A stretch of 63,920 nt of DNA, the filler included, from Lama guanicoe (taxonomy: Eukaryota), in the NCBI GenBank assembly GCA_013239625.1. It is 212 parts of 212 records of this genome, joined end to end, with 100 filler letters (N's around TTAATTAATTAA, not from the genome) between each part and the next. Parts side by side here need not be neighbours in the genome. Positions count along the whole stretch, not along the records: positions 37,748 to 37,949 come from PNXV01031343.1; positions 38,050 to 38,251 come from PNXV01031344.1; positions 38,352 to 38,553 come from PNXV01031345.1; positions 38,654 to 38,855 come from PNXV01031346.1; positions 38,956 to 39,157 come from PNXV01031347.1; positions 39,258 to 39,459 come from PNXV01031348.1; positions 39,560 to 39,761 come from PNXV01031349.1; positions 39,862 to 40,063 come from PNXV01031350.1; 204 more parts are not named here. One strand, written 5' to 3'. The notes under the pieces are model-generated. The model saw nothing but the letters and a program-made list of their open reading frames with translations. It was not told the origin of the DNA and searched no databases. Positions 37,648 to 51,465 of this stretch are shown here, piece after piece. The stretch's first letter is position 1, and each line of letters begins with the position of its first letter. The position numbers and the translations under genes are program-made.

Positions 37648-40600
37648 NNNNNNNNNNNNNNNNNNNNNNNNNNNNNNNNNNNNNNNNNNNNTTAATTAAT
37701 TAANNNNNNNNNNNNNNNNNNNNNNNNNNNNNNNNNNNNNNNNNNNNTGGTCCCAGTTCCTGACGGATGGTCAGGGCCATGCCTGTAGGCCACGCCCGTC
37801 AAGGGCTCCAAATCCCTCCGGAACCTGCCCTCAGGGTCCCGCCCGGAGCCAGAGTGGAAACTGGGAGGGACAGAGGCTGCGGTTTCATTTCACTTCACAT
37901 CTCAGGAGACCCTCCCTGGGTGATGCAGTGAGGAGGGAAGAGATGTCCTNNNNNNNNNNNNNNNNNNNNNNNNNNNNNNNNNNNNNNNNNNNNTTAATTA
38001 ATTAANNNNNNNNNNNNNNNNNNNNNNNNNNNNNNNNNNNNNNNNNNNNCCCCGGAGGAGGTGTCACAGGGCCGAGGAAGAGAGATTCGGGGGAGGTGGT
38101 CAGCAGCTCCTGGTGTAGCTCTGAGGTCCAGTGGGCTGAGTTCAGAAAGTGACATGATTCTGAAATGCCTGGTGAGCTGGCCAGAGTTCCCTGTGTTGGA
38201 ATACAGGGAACAGAGACTGGGTCATGGTGGAGAGTGGAGAGAGCAACACACNNNNNNNNNNNNNNNNNNNNNNNNNNNNNNNNNNNNNNNNNNNNTTAAT
38301 TAATTAANNNNNNNNNNNNNNNNNNNNNNNNNNNNNNNNNNNNNNNNNNNNCCCTCATAGATAAGAACATGCAGTACTCTAAAGTAAGTACTTTTTGGTC
38401 TCTACTGTTATTAATGTCTTCCTAACTTCTTTACTTTCCCATCACACTCTGTTTTTTCAGGAGATTTTTTGCTTCATTTGTGCTTTTACTACTGTTTTAG
38501 AAATGAACATTTTCAAAATTGAAAGTATGGCTAGAATATCAATGCAATGGCCCNNNNNNNNNNNNNNNNNNNNNNNNNNNNNNNNNNNNNNNNNNNNTTA
38601 ATTAATTAANNNNNNNNNNNNNNNNNNNNNNNNNNNNNNNNNNNNNNNNNNNNGCAGGAAACAGTCCTCAGGTGGGCAAGTCCCCTTGATTGTATTCGGC
38701 AGTTGTGCTCATCAACCCAGGGGCCATCCTACCGTTACTCATAAATTTCTCTCGGTTGGCTCCTGCCATAGACTCTTGTATCTACTGTCCTGAGATTCTT
38801 TTGTCACTTCCAGCTAGTTCCCAACTGCTTTTTCAGAAATGGACACTTTTCTCTCNNNNNNNNNNNNNNNNNNNNNNNNNNNNNNNNNNNNNNNNNNNNT
38901 TAATTAATTAANNNNNNNNNNNNNNNNNNNNNNNNNNNNNNNNNNNNNNNNNNNNTCAATCACACATCAGTAAAAAACAAAATTTAAAAAAGGAAAAAAA
39001 CAAACCAAAAATCCCCCCACCCCCCCCCCACTCCTAAAGAAAGAGAGGATTTACTTCCTCTCAGTGGCCTAAAGTGAACACCAGATATGTGGAATTCTGT
39101 TAGAGGTGTTCATTTTTCAGAACTGTAGTTATGTGATGCTAGATTCACTGTGAAAACNNNNNNNNNNNNNNNNNNNNNNNNNNNNNNNNNNNNNNNNNNN
39201 NTTAATTAATTAANNNNNNNNNNNNNNNNNNNNNNNNNNNNNNNNNNNNNNNNNNNNAGGGGGTACATTCCAATTTCCCTGCTCCCCACCCCAACTCTTC
39301 TGTTTGGGCCCCATTTCCCAAACCCTGGGATTTCCCATTCCCTTTGTAAAGGGTTGGGAGGCCTGTAAGAAGTGATGTCTTGCTGAAGAGAGAGTCTGGG
39401 TGGCAACATGTTCCATCCTTATCCCCCAATACCCTCAGGTCTTTCTCTCTCTCTCTCACNNNNNNNNNNNNNNNNNNNNNNNNNNNNNNNNNNNNNNNNN
39501 NNNTTAATTAATTAANNNNNNNNNNNNNNNNNNNNNNNNNNNNNNNNNNNNNNNNNNNNTCATGGCGCTCAGTTAAAATATAAGCAAACCCACAGATGGT
39601 TCACTTGATGCCACTTAACAAGGGAGGAAGTGATGGAGCTGGGATGCTCACACAGGGCTGCGGTAAAGAGTCCACTGCCTCCTTTTTGGTTTGTGACCAC
39701 TGGCAGCTTTGCGGCCCCACCCGTCCACTTTTCCCTGTCGCCCCACATCTGAGCAAGTCAGNNNNNNNNNNNNNNNNNNNNNNNNNNNNNNNNNNNNNNN
39801 NNNNNTTAATTAATTAANNNNNNNNNNNNNNNNNNNNNNNNNNNNNNNNNNNNNNNNNNNNCATTTGGATGACAAAAATATATTTGCATGAATTCCAACC
39901 AAAATCCTGTTGATCCTGTCACTGTTGCTGATGAACACTCAGCACTCAGAGAAGTCTCATGAACTCTATTTAGCAGAAAATCTACGCCAGGCTTGGCTCT
40001 TCCTCTGGTCTCCGTGGTCAGGTACCTACAATGAGTTTTAGGTCGCTGACGCAGTGTTGATTANNNNNNNNNNNNNNNNNNNNNNNNNNNNNNNNNNNNN
40101 NNNNNNNTTAATTAATTAANNNNNNNNNNNNNNNNNNNNNNNNNNNNNNNNNNNNNNNNNNNNTGTCTTAAACATAGTAAGGACTAAACTCAGACAGCTG
40201 AATACGTCCCGTTGTGTGAGAAGTACACAAGTGATAGACATACGTGACAATGCTGAAGTAGGTAACACTATATTGCTTAAAGTTACGTCAAAGGCAAGAA
40301 GCACACAGACAACTATGGGGGGCAGGTTCTTGCCAAAGCAGTTCTGCACAGGCCCAGATCCATCANNNNNNNNNNNNNNNNNNNNNNNNNNNNNNNNNNN
40401 NNNNNNNNNTTAATTAATTAANNNNNNNNNNNNNNNNNNNNNNNNNNNNNNNNNNNNNNNNNNNNTCTTTCTTAAATATGAAACAATTTATTTAACAAGT
40501 GCTTATTAAATACCTTCTCAATGCTGGGCAGAGTTCTTGGCATATAGCAGTGAACAAAAAAGGCAAAATCTGTGCATTCTTGGAGTTTACTTTCTAGTGA

Positions 40601-41069
40601 TGGAAGAGGGGGAAAAAAGTAAAGTAATTATTCAGTGTTTTTGAGACTGGTATATGCTCTGGACAAANNNNNNNNNNNNNNNNNNNNNNNNNNNNNNNNN
40701 NNNNNNNNNNNTTAATTAATTAANNNNNNNNNNNNNNNNNNNNNNNNNNNNNNNNNNNNNNNNNNNNCCAAGACCCTGATGTCCCCTGGGCGCCGAGCGC
40801 ACGTGCCTGTGGGCCCTGGCACTTCTCCTTGGTCCTGAAGAGCTCACCCCCCAACCCCAGGAGCTGAGAGAGCTTCCCAGCGGGAATCCTGCTCTCTTCT
40901 GCTCCTCTCCCAGCTCGGATGCTTGCCGCGGCCGGCACTCGATAGATACTGGATGGATGGATGCGTTAANNNNNNNNNNNNNNNNNNNNNNNNNNNNNNN
41001 NNNNNNNNNNNNNTTAATTAATTAANNNNNNNNNNNNNNNNNNNNNNNNNNNNNNNNNNNNNNNNNNNN

Positions 41070-41212
41070 ACCTATCCTCAGAAGTTGCATATAGTCATTT
41101 TCATCAGTTGGCCATACAATCCAGCTCTGATTCGGTGTGGCAGGAGACTGCACCAGGTGTCCACAGAAGAAGCGGGGATCACTGAGGGTCATCCTGGAGG
41201 CTGGCTCCACAG
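41070..41212 (-). mobile_element. MaLR (MLT1E/F-like) LTR 5' end
   Basis: The reverse complement begins tgtggagccagcctccaggatgaccctcagtgatccccgc. Confidence 0.7.
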
Positions 41213-41371
41213 GGTAGTATACTCCTATATTCCTTCTCAGTATGATCCTGCCTTCCCACTCTGCCTGCTTGNNNNNNNNNNNNNNNNNNNNNNNNNNNNN
41301 NNNNNNNNNNNNNNNTTAATTAATTAANNNNNNNNNNNNNNNNNNNNNNNNNNNNNNNNNNNNNNNNNNNN

Positions 41372-41542
41372 ACAGAGGCTGCAATGACTTTTATAACCTA
41401 GCCATGGAAGTCACACTTCATTGTGTCTGCAACATTCTACTAGTTACAAGAGTCAACCTTGTTCAATATGGGAAGAGAAGCACAGAACGTGAACACCAGA
41501 AGCTGTAGATGATCGGGAGGTCATCTTGGAGCCTGGTCTGCA
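41372..41542 (-). mobile_element. MaLR (MLT1E/F-like) LTR 5' part
   Basis: 'gacttttataacctagccatggaagtcacac...ggtcatcttggagcctggtctgca'. Confidence 0.7.
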
Positions 41543-41673
41543 GATCACATGTAGCAAAATCTTCCAGGTGGTTNNNNNNNNNNNNNNNNNNNNNNNNNNN
41601 NNNNNNNNNNNNNNNNNTTAATTAATTAANNNNNNNNNNNNNNNNNNNNNNNNNNNNNNNNNNNNNNNNNNNN

Positions 41674-41875
41674 CATCTGTAGATTCGATGCAATTCCTAT
41701 TAATAGTTCAATGGCATTTTTACAGAAGTAGAAAAAGCATTTATATGGAGACACAAATGATCCCCAAAATAGCTGAAGCCACTCTGAGAAAGACAAAGTG
41801 AGAGGCATCACACTCCCATTTCAAATTATACTATAAACCTAGATGTGTCAAACAGTGCGGCACTGGCATCTAACC
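41674..41875 (+). mobile_element. L1 ORF2 fragment
   Basis: 'tagattcgatgcaattcctat...caatggcattttttacagaagtagaaa...ggcatcacactccc...ttcaaattatactataaa'. Confidence 0.88.
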
Positions 41876-42884
41876 NNNNNNNNNNNNNNNNNNNNNNNNN
41901 NNNNNNNNNNNNNNNNNNNTTAATTAATTAANNNNNNNNNNNNNNNNNNNNNNNNNNNNNNNNNNNNNNNNNNNNATACATGTGTGATGCACAAAAATTA
42001 GCATGCATTCAAGGAAATAAGACCGCGTAAAAGAGAACCAGGAGAAAGAGAATAGAAACAGACTCAGAGGGTTCCAGGCTTGGAATTCTCAGACACAGAC
42101 TTCACCCACTATATTCAACAAGAGTTTTTGCAAAGAAATGGAAACTACAGAAAGAATCAAATGGAAATTCTAGAACTNNNNNNNNNNNNNNNNNNNNNNN
42201 NNNNNNNNNNNNNNNNNNNNNTTAATTAATTAANNNNNNNNNNNNNNNNNNNNNNNNNNNNNNNNNNNNNNNNNNNNTTATTACAGCACAATCACAAGTA
42301 AAGAGATTTTCTTGAATGCAATTATTGATAGAAAGACATTAAAATATTGAGACTTGTAAAAAAAAAATTCTCAAGAACACTGCTTACATACTACTGGTCA
42401 ACAAAGTAACACTCAAAATCATCATGATCTCATCACCGAATGGGGTCTGGGAAACCTGACCAATCTTGTCCAAAACTCTNNNNNNNNNNNNNNNNNNNNN
42501 NNNNNNNNNNNNNNNNNNNNNNNTTAATTAATTAANNNNNNNNNNNNNNNNNNNNNNNNNNNNNNNNNNNNNNNNNNNNGTCTGCCCTCATCCCCACCTT
42601 CTCCAGACAATGTGATTCAGGTTCAGCAACGTAGTGCCCCTGAAATGTCATCCTTAAAAATCAAGGCCACTTGATTTCATGATAAAAGAGTCCTTTTCTT
42701 TAATAAAAGGTAAGATTTCCATCAGAGTCAGATGTCCTCAGGAGTGAACAGTTCAGTGTCAAATCTGTGCCCTCCTCTGAGNNNNNNNNNNNNNNNNNNN
42801 NNNNNNNNNNNNNNNNNNNNNNNNNTTAATTAATTAANNNNNNNNNNNNNNNNNNNNNNNNNNNNNNNNNNNNNNNNNNNNTAC

Positions 42885-43047
42885 CCCACTCAGTGTCCCA
42901 GGAGCGCTCCTCACTCCACTCGCTCCAGATCCCGTTGTAGCCGCTGGGGTTGGGTTTGACTCTCACTCTGGCCTGGTACCTGGTGGCGGGCTCCAGAGGT
43001 GGCAGGGGCATGTTGTGCGCATTCTGGAAGAGCTCCGTCTTGGTCTC
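42885..43047 (-). CDS. CSF2RB: Cytokine receptor common beta chain, complete internal exon encoding the end of the membrane-proximal FnIII domain (WSEWS)
   Basis: A 163-bp exon with acceptor cccacag| (43050-43048) and donor G|GTA (42884). It translates to [54 protein letters not shown], matching beta-c 'ARVRV...[17 protein letters not shown]'. Confidence 0.92.
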
Positions 43048-44391
43048 CTGTGGGTGCAGGTGTGGGAGCAGGTGTGCTGAGGCNNNNNNNNNNNNNNNNN
43101 NNNNNNNNNNNNNNNNNNNNNNNNNNNTTAATTAATTAANNNNNNNNNNNNNNNNNNNNNNNNNNNNNNNNNNNNNNNNNNNNTGTCAGCCCCGCTGCCT
43201 CCGCCTCCTTTGAAAACACCCCCCTCCCAGTGCCTGCTGGTATCAAACTTTAAAGCTTTGGTTAATCTGACCAAAAGCACAAGCGCCTTTTTATTTTCTT
43301 AATGTGCTTCGCCCAGATTATATCTGTCGGGAAGGAAGAAATTTTCCTCCACCCTTCTAGGTTCTTCCGGCTGGTCTAAGAATTANNNNNNNNNNNNNNN
43401 NNNNNNNNNNNNNNNNNNNNNNNNNNNNNTTAATTAATTAANNNNNNNNNNNNNNNNNNNNNNNNNNNNNNNNNNNNNNNNNNNNTGTCCATCTCGGTTT
43501 GCTCCCAACATTCTAAAGCCTGTCTGAGACTGCTTGTCTGAGTCACCTGGGCAAAGGGGAAAAGAAGTGGCCGACGCAGGAGGAGGGCCACTGAGTGACC
43601 AATGCAGTAGACGGCAGCCATGCTTTGCTCTGAAACTGAGACAGGAGAGTCAAAGGGGACTCAGCCCACTCTCCGTGGTCTCGCAGANNNNNNNNNNNNN
43701 NNNNNNNNNNNNNNNNNNNNNNNNNNNNNNNTTAATTAATTAANNNNNNNNNNNNNNNNNNNNNNNNNNNNNNNNNNNNNNNNNNNNTGGTGCTCGCTCG
43801 CTGGGTCTCCCCTCTCCAACAGACAGGCCAGCGGGACGGAAGGGGAGCCTCTGAGGCTCGGATCTGTACAGACCAGCCCTTGACCTACAGAACTAAGTTA
43901 AACGGGCATAGAGGGTCCCTGCAACACCCAGCACTAGACGCGGGCTGGCAGCTGGGAGCAGGGCCAGGCTGCCTGAGCCAGGAGGCCGGNNNNNNNNNNN
44001 NNNNNNNNNNNNNNNNNNNNNNNNNNNNNNNNNTTAATTAATTAANNNNNNNNNNNNNNNNNNNNNNNNNNNNNNNNNNNNNNNNNNNNGCTCTGTAAAA
44101 TCAAATGATTTGCCCAAAGGCCCCTAGGGTGGATGGGGGGGGACCCAGGTCTGTCTGTCTGGAGCCTGGAGCACAGAAGGTAGACTCCCTGACCAGAGAG
44201 CGAGTTAACAAGCCGCAGCTGCGTGCCTTCCACACGTTTACCTCATTTACTCCTCAGCGCTGCCTCACGGGGAGAACGCGCGCGCCCTCTCNNNNNNNNN
44301 NNNNNNNNNNNNNNNNNNNNNNNNNNNNNNNNNNNTTAATTAATTAANNNNNNNNNNNNNNNNNNNNNNNNNNNNNNNNNNNNNNNNNNNN

Positions 44392-44593
44392 TTTTAGGAT
44401 TATTTGTTCTAGTTCTGTGAAAGATGTCATGAGTATTTGATAGAGATCAAACTAAATCCATAGATTGCTTTTGGTAGTGTGGCCTTTTTAACATTGTTAA
44501 TTCTTCAAATCCAAGAGCATGAGATACCTTTCCATTTCTTTGATTCATCTTCAATTTCCTTTGTCAAATTTTTATAGTTTTCAGCATATAGGT
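44392..44593 (-). mobile_element. L1 ORF2 fragment
   Basis: 'ttgttctagttctgtgaaa...tagattgcttttggtagtgtggcc...tccaagagcatgagatacctttccatttc'. Confidence 0.9.
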
Positions 44594-47411
44594 NNNNNNN
44601 NNNNNNNNNNNNNNNNNNNNNNNNNNNNNNNNNNNNNTTAATTAATTAANNNNNNNNNNNNNNNNNNNNNNNNNNNNNNNNNNNNNNNNNNNNAACTCAC
44701 AACAGTGTCTATCTCTCCTTAAAGCAAAGGGGCTGGACTTCTTTAGCCCCATCGGTTAGTCATTGGCTATGAGCTGGTGTTGGACGGGCATAACTTCCAT
44801 GATGAGCGTCTTGGCAGCTAAGGGCAGTTGTCTGAAGAAGGGGATAGCTGTGAGCACTTAGCAGCCAATACGCACAGCAGCTCACACAGATGGGCNNNNN
44901 NNNNNNNNNNNNNNNNNNNNNNNNNNNNNNNNNNNNNNNTTAATTAATTAANNNNNNNNNNNNNNNNNNNNNNNNNNNNNNNNNNNNNNNNNNNNTTTTT
45001 AAAAAGGTGTTTCACAAGCTTTTTTGTAGTTAATGTTATCAGGTTAAGTGTTGGTATTTGAAGTCTGATTCCTGGTAGGGATTTGAAAGCCTGTGCTCAG
45101 AGGCTACGATGCGGAATAAACTCAAATGTGTTAAAATCAGCTCTAAAGAGTTTAAAAGAGCACCTAAAGAGAATTTTTACTTCCTAAAATATTAAGTNNN
45201 NNNNNNNNNNNNNNNNNNNNNNNNNNNNNNNNNNNNNNNNNTTAATTAATTAANNNNNNNNNNNNNNNNNNNNNNNNNNNNNNNNNNNNNNNNNNNNGAT
45301 TTGGCATGGAGCAGGGGCGGGGCCATTCCATGGTCTTCCCCGAGCCCGTCTAAGGAGCACCGACCTGAGGCGAAGCTGGCAGCTGCATTGAGCAGTGGAG
45401 CAGCTGGAAGAGGGCGGGCAGCCACCCGCTTTCCTGGCAGGAACGCAGCATCTGACCAAGGTACTGGGAGAGGGCACGATCCGCCCACCTACCTCGCCCN
45501 NNNNNNNNNNNNNNNNNNNNNNNNNNNNNNNNNNNNNNNNNNNTTAATTAATTAANNNNNNNNNNNNNNNNNNNNNNNNNNNNNNNNNNNNNNNNNNNNT
45601 CCCTCTACCGGGAATTCTCTGAGGGCTGGTCTCTGACTCTCCCTGCATTCTCCACAGGGTCCCAGCACCACGCCATGGCCATAGCAGTCACTGCCAAACA
45701 CCCAAAACTTTGTAGCAGTCAGCCTGTGTGTCCCCCTGTCTATTCTCAGACCTCCTTCAGGATGTTCTACTCATCAGATAGGGTATATTTCCCCACGAAA
45801 ANNNNNNNNNNNNNNNNNNNNNNNNNNNNNNNNNNNNNNNNNNNNTTAATTAATTAANNNNNNNNNNNNNNNNNNNNNNNNNNNNNNNNNNNNNNNNNNN
45901 NGTCAAACAAACAAACAAACAAAAAATGGAGTGCACAGGAAGGCCCTGGGGGAAAAGAAGCCTTTATACTACAGGTGGGAACAAGGTTACTGTGTTCTCA
46001 TACGTAGCAGATATTAAGTAACCACTTACTGAATGAATGAATAAATGACTTTACTTCTCTTTAACTTCAGAACCAACTGCAAATATAAATTAAGTTGTGC
46101 ATANNNNNNNNNNNNNNNNNNNNNNNNNNNNNNNNNNNNNNNNNNNNTTAATTAATTAANNNNNNNNNNNNNNNNNNNNNNNNNNNNNNNNNNNNNNNNN
46201 NNNCTCTCCCTTTCACTTTACACCATTTACGATTTTCTAAATATTCTATGATAAATATATATTACTTTCATTGTCAGAAAAAAAGTTTTATCTTTAAAGA
46301 AGATTGTTGCATTATTTTCAAGGAAAGGTAGCAGACGCCATGGACTAGGTAGGGGGAAAGGGAGGAAGTCGGTGCAGACGTGAGGGTGGCAGGAGACACT
46401 GGAGANNNNNNNNNNNNNNNNNNNNNNNNNNNNNNNNNNNNNNNNNNNNTTAATTAATTAANNNNNNNNNNNNNNNNNNNNNNNNNNNNNNNNNNNNNNN
46501 NNNNNAAGGATAGAAATAGAAAGCAAGGCTTGATAAGTGGTTTTAGCCCCCTGGCCCCCACCCCAGGACAAGCCCATCCCAGCTTCTGATACAACAGAAC
46601 ACACCTGCTCTGTCATCTCAGCCTGATGAATTGTGCCTGGCCAGCCTGGCCAGCTGAACTTTAAGGCATCACCTGCACTGGAACCAGCCAGACTGTCCCC
46701 AGAGCTCNNNNNNNNNNNNNNNNNNNNNNNNNNNNNNNNNNNNNNNNNNNNTTAATTAATTAANNNNNNNNNNNNNNNNNNNNNNNNNNNNNNNNNNNNN
46801 NNNNNNNATCCTGGGGGAAAAAAAAGTCTCACCCCCAGGATATTTAAGAAAAGAAGTGAAGATCTTCCACCCTGCTTACAAGATGTAATCATAGTTCCAT
46901 CACTGATAATACAGCTTAAAAATTGTACACAGCTTCACAAAATGTGATGGACATTGAGGCAGGTTCCGTACTAACATTGAAGGGAATCATATGCTGTGGA
47001 CTCAGCTTTNNNNNNNNNNNNNNNNNNNNNNNNNNNNNNNNNNNNNNNNNNNNTTAATTAATTAANNNNNNNNNNNNNNNNNNNNNNNNNNNNNNNNNNN
47101 NNNNNNNNNCCTCTGGGGTGTGGTCTGTAACTTTCCTGATGATCTTACATCAGACCCTCAGTAAGATTCCTTGGGGTAGGTCATTGATAAAACCCTGCAG
47201 TTCACTGCTGCACAAACCCACTCGGAGAAGAAATAGGAATACCTTCTACCCAGGTAGTTTTAAAGATTGTTTTTAAAAATTGTGACAAAAATCTGAATTT
47301 TTAAAATCAACNNNNNNNNNNNNNNNNNNNNNNNNNNNNNNNNNNNNNNNNNNNNTTAATTAATTAANNNNNNNNNNNNNNNNNNNNNNNNNNNNNNNNN
47401 NNNNNNNNNNN

Positions 47412-47613
47412 GATAAATTGAGAGCTCAAGATTTGCAGATACTAACTACTATATATAAAATAGATACACAATAAGTTTCTTCTGTATAGCACAAGGAACT
47501 ATATTCAATATCTTACAGTAACCTATAATGAAACAGAATATGAAAATAAATATATGTATGTGTATGTATGACTGGAACATTATGCTGTACACCAGAAATT
47601 GACACAACATTGT
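47412..47613 (+). mobile_element. L1 3'UTR and tail
   Basis: 'ctgtatagcacaaggaactatattcaatatct...gctgtacaccagaaattgacacaacattgt'. Confidence 0.9.
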
Positions 47614-50431
47614 NNNNNNNNNNNNNNNNNNNNNNNNNNNNNNNNNNNNNNNNNNNNTTAATTAATTAANNNNNNNNNNNNNNNNNNNNNNNNNNNNNNN
47701 NNNNNNNNNNNNNGCAGGCACAGTGAAGCTGTCTTGCGTGTTATGCAGTTATTCTCAGGTTTTTTAGTTCCACTGTGTTGATGAAATTTCTCAAGTGTAT
47801 TCCAGGGCTCTCCCAGAGCTGCCTAGTTGTTGCTCTCTTGGGAGGACAGAGACAGGGTGTTGTACACTGCCATTTGAGTGATGTCACTCTCCTATCCTTA
47901 TCTACTTTTTTTTTTNNNNNNNNNNNNNNNNNNNNNNNNNNNNNNNNNNNNNNNNNNNNTTAATTAATTAANNNNNNNNNNNNNNNNNNNNNNNNNNNNN
48001 NNNNNNNNNNNNNNNTGTAGCTTATACATCAACTGTACTTTAATTTTAAAAATTGTCAACAAAAATTATAGAAAAGAAGATGGGAGAACCCTTTAGTAAC
48101 CTCTGCAGGTGGCTGGCCCTGTGGTGGGCTGGGCAAGTATCTCCCTGACAGGCTCACCCTCAGGCACAACTAGCAGCCTCTAGGGCCCAGCATCCCTGAG
48201 GAGCCCCCCTGCCTCCTNNNNNNNNNNNNNNNNNNNNNNNNNNNNNNNNNNNNNNNNNNNNTTAATTAATTAANNNNNNNNNNNNNNNNNNNNNNNNNNN
48301 NNNNNNNNNNNNNNNNNCAGGTATCACTGTGATTGGAATTAAATCTACCACTTTTCTGGTTTTTTTTTTTTATATGTTCCATCTCCTCTTTTTTTTTTTC
48401 AGATTTTGCAGTTTTTTTTAATATTTCATTTTATTTTTCCTATTGGTTTATTACTTGCAGCTCTTTTTTTCCCTCCTTTTTCAGTTTTACTAGGTAGAAT
48501 TATTACAGTGTGACCACACNNNNNNNNNNNNNNNNNNNNNNNNNNNNNNNNNNNNNNNNNNNNTTAATTAATTAANNNNNNNNNNNNNNNNNNNNNNNNN
48601 NNNNNNNNNNNNNNNNNNNGGAGGAGACAGGTAGAGACAGATGCAGCGTGTTGTGGCAGTGACCTTGGCTGGGAGCAGGGAGTCTCCCTGAGGGTCTGTT
48701 GCTGTCTGTCCCACGGCTGCCAGAGGAATCCTTTTAAAACACCTTCCCTTGTTTAAAATGCTTCAGTCGCTCCTCACTGCTTGGGGATTAGACTCAAACT
48801 TTAAGCTTCCGGCTCAGGACTNNNNNNNNNNNNNNNNNNNNNNNNNNNNNNNNNNNNNNNNNNNNTTAATTAATTAANNNNNNNNNNNNNNNNNNNNNNN
48901 NNNNNNNNNNNNNNNNNNNNNGTGTTGTGGCAAGGTCCTGCACTATACTCCAAAGCAAAACATTCCTTAACTGTCTGAGTTAGTGCAAGGAAGGAAAAGA
49001 GTCTGTCACAGCTTCCCTTCATTGATGATCCACGCAAACAACACAGCTTAGTGTCTCACCTCCCAGCTGCCTCCCTGCGTCAATACCCAACTAGCCTCCA
49101 ACATCATAAAAGTTCCAAACAACNNNNNNNNNNNNNNNNNNNNNNNNNNNNNNNNNNNNNNNNNNNNTTAATTAATTAANNNNNNNNNNNNNNNNNNNNN
49201 NNNNNNNNNNNNNNNNNNNNNNNAGATTGGTAAAATAAATATCTCACTTTTTGGTTTAAATTTATATTTACCTAATTATTTATGAAGTTTTGAATCATTT
49301 GATGTTTGTAAGTTCTTATTGCTCCCCTTCATGTGAGGAATAACCTTTTGGTTTTTTGCTAATTTTTTTTCAGTTCTTTGCTTTTTCTAATTTGGTAATT
49401 CATTATATAGTCAAGATACTCTTCTNNNNNNNNNNNNNNNNNNNNNNNNNNNNNNNNNNNNNNNNNNNNTTAATTAATTAANNNNNNNNNNNNNNNNNNN
49501 NNNNNNNNNNNNNNNNNNNNNNNNNAATGTGCCTTCTTGTGTTTTCCATTTTAATAAGAAAATTATCTTCCTATATTTTGTGGCTCTTTGGGAGATTTAA
49601 CTGCATTAATTACTGTGTATTTAGGTCTTCAGTCACTCAACAAACATCTTTAAAATCCTAGAGGCTTAGGTATTGTGCTTCTTAAAGAGCTCAAGAGCTC
49701 CAAACCTGTATCCTGTTTTTTAGCTCTNNNNNNNNNNNNNNNNNNNNNNNNNNNNNNNNNNNNNNNNNNNNTTAATTAATTAANNNNNNNNNNNNNNNNN
49801 NNNNNNNNNNNNNNNNNNNNNNNNNNNACCATAATCCTTAACCCAACTTACCAAATATACAGCAGGTAAATGGGTTCGGTTGCCAGCAATAACTAGTTAA
49901 AATAATTAATAATGAAATTCTATTCATAAGAGTACAATATAATTAAATAAAGTATCTATTAATAATCCTAATAAAATACACAAAACATAAATGAAACTTT
50001 ATTGAGAGTTATAACAGAAAAATTTAATTNNNNNNNNNNNNNNNNNNNNNNNNNNNNNNNNNNNNNNNNNNNNTTAATTAATTAANNNNNNNNNNNNNNN
50101 NNNNNNNNNNNNNNNNNNNNNNNNNNNNNTGATTATGAACTGCTAAAATTCACTAACTACATTCTAAAATATATTTAATAATGTCATATTTTTAAGTATA
50201 TTCGATTTGAAATTATTAGTCTTAACTCGAGGGGTTTTTTGGTGGAGGAAAATTATCTGGGGGTGGAGGGAGAACCCAGGCAAGAACTGTAAGTTTTATG
50301 GTATTATTGTTGACAAATATAAAAGAACCATNNNNNNNNNNNNNNNNNNNNNNNNNNNNNNNNNNNNNNNNNNNNTTAATTAATTAANNNNNNNNNNNNN
50401 NNNNNNNNNNNNNNNNNNNNNNNNNNNNNNN

Positions 50432-50633
50432 TGTGTTGATTTCAGGTGTTCAGCAAAGTAATTCAGTATATATATGTTTTTTCAGATTATTTTTCATTAT
50501 AGGTGATTACAAGCTGTTGGATAGAGTTCCTATGCTATACACTAAATCTTTGTTGCTTCTCTATTTTGTATATAGTTGTATCTGTTAACCCCATACTCCT
50601 AATTTATCCCTCCCAGCTCCTTTCCCCTTTAGT
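50432..50633 (-). mobile_element. L1 3'UTR
   Basis: Antisense equivalent of the 34427 and 47412 UTRs ('atagagttcctatgctatac...taatttatccctccc'). Confidence 0.85.
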
Positions 50634-51465
50634 NNNNNNNNNNNNNNNNNNNNNNNNNNNNNNNNNNNNNNNNNNNNTTAATTAATTAANNNNNNNNNNN
50701 NNNNNNNNNNNNNNNNNNNNNNNNNNNNNNNNNAGCATTAAATACAATCTGAATCAGGTGCTATCATATAAAAACCTGATTTCGTGTTTTAAAATGTCTG
50801 GATTTCCGGCTTCTGTTGTATCTGAAGACCTGGCAGCTCGATGACCCACCTCCTATGGCAGCAGCGGGCCAAGCAGCGCTGCCCCGACCCAGCGCCCCAG
50901 CATTCCCGCCCTTGCTCTTTCACAGGCCTCTTGTCNNNNNNNNNNNNNNNNNNNNNNNNNNNNNNNNNNNNNNNNNNNNTTAATTAATTAANNNNNNNNN
51001 NNNNNNNNNNNNNNNNNNNNNNNNNNNNNNNNNNNGTGAATTGGATGTGTATACAGATGATGCTGGAATCCTTTTATTTTCAGTTGAAAGATATTTGACA
51101 TATAGCACTGTGTAAGTTTAAATTGTATGAACTGTTAATTTGATACATATATGTAGCAATGTGATTGACTTTGTAGCCATAATTAGCACTTCTATCATGT
51201 TAACATAATTAACCTTTCTTTTTAGTGGTTTTAATAANNNNNNNNNNNNNNNNNNNNNNNNNNNNNNNNNNNNNNNNNNNNTTAATTAATTAANNNNNNN
51301 NNNNNNNNNNNNNNNNNNNNNNNNNNNNNNNNNNNNNCAATGGTCATATTTTGATAATATTATCTTTGCATTGTAAACTTGAAACCTGAGATTTTATAGG
51401 TTAGGCTAATTGTAGTCTTGTATTTTGCTTTAAATTTTACTAAAATCTTTCCCTTTTGGTTCTAG

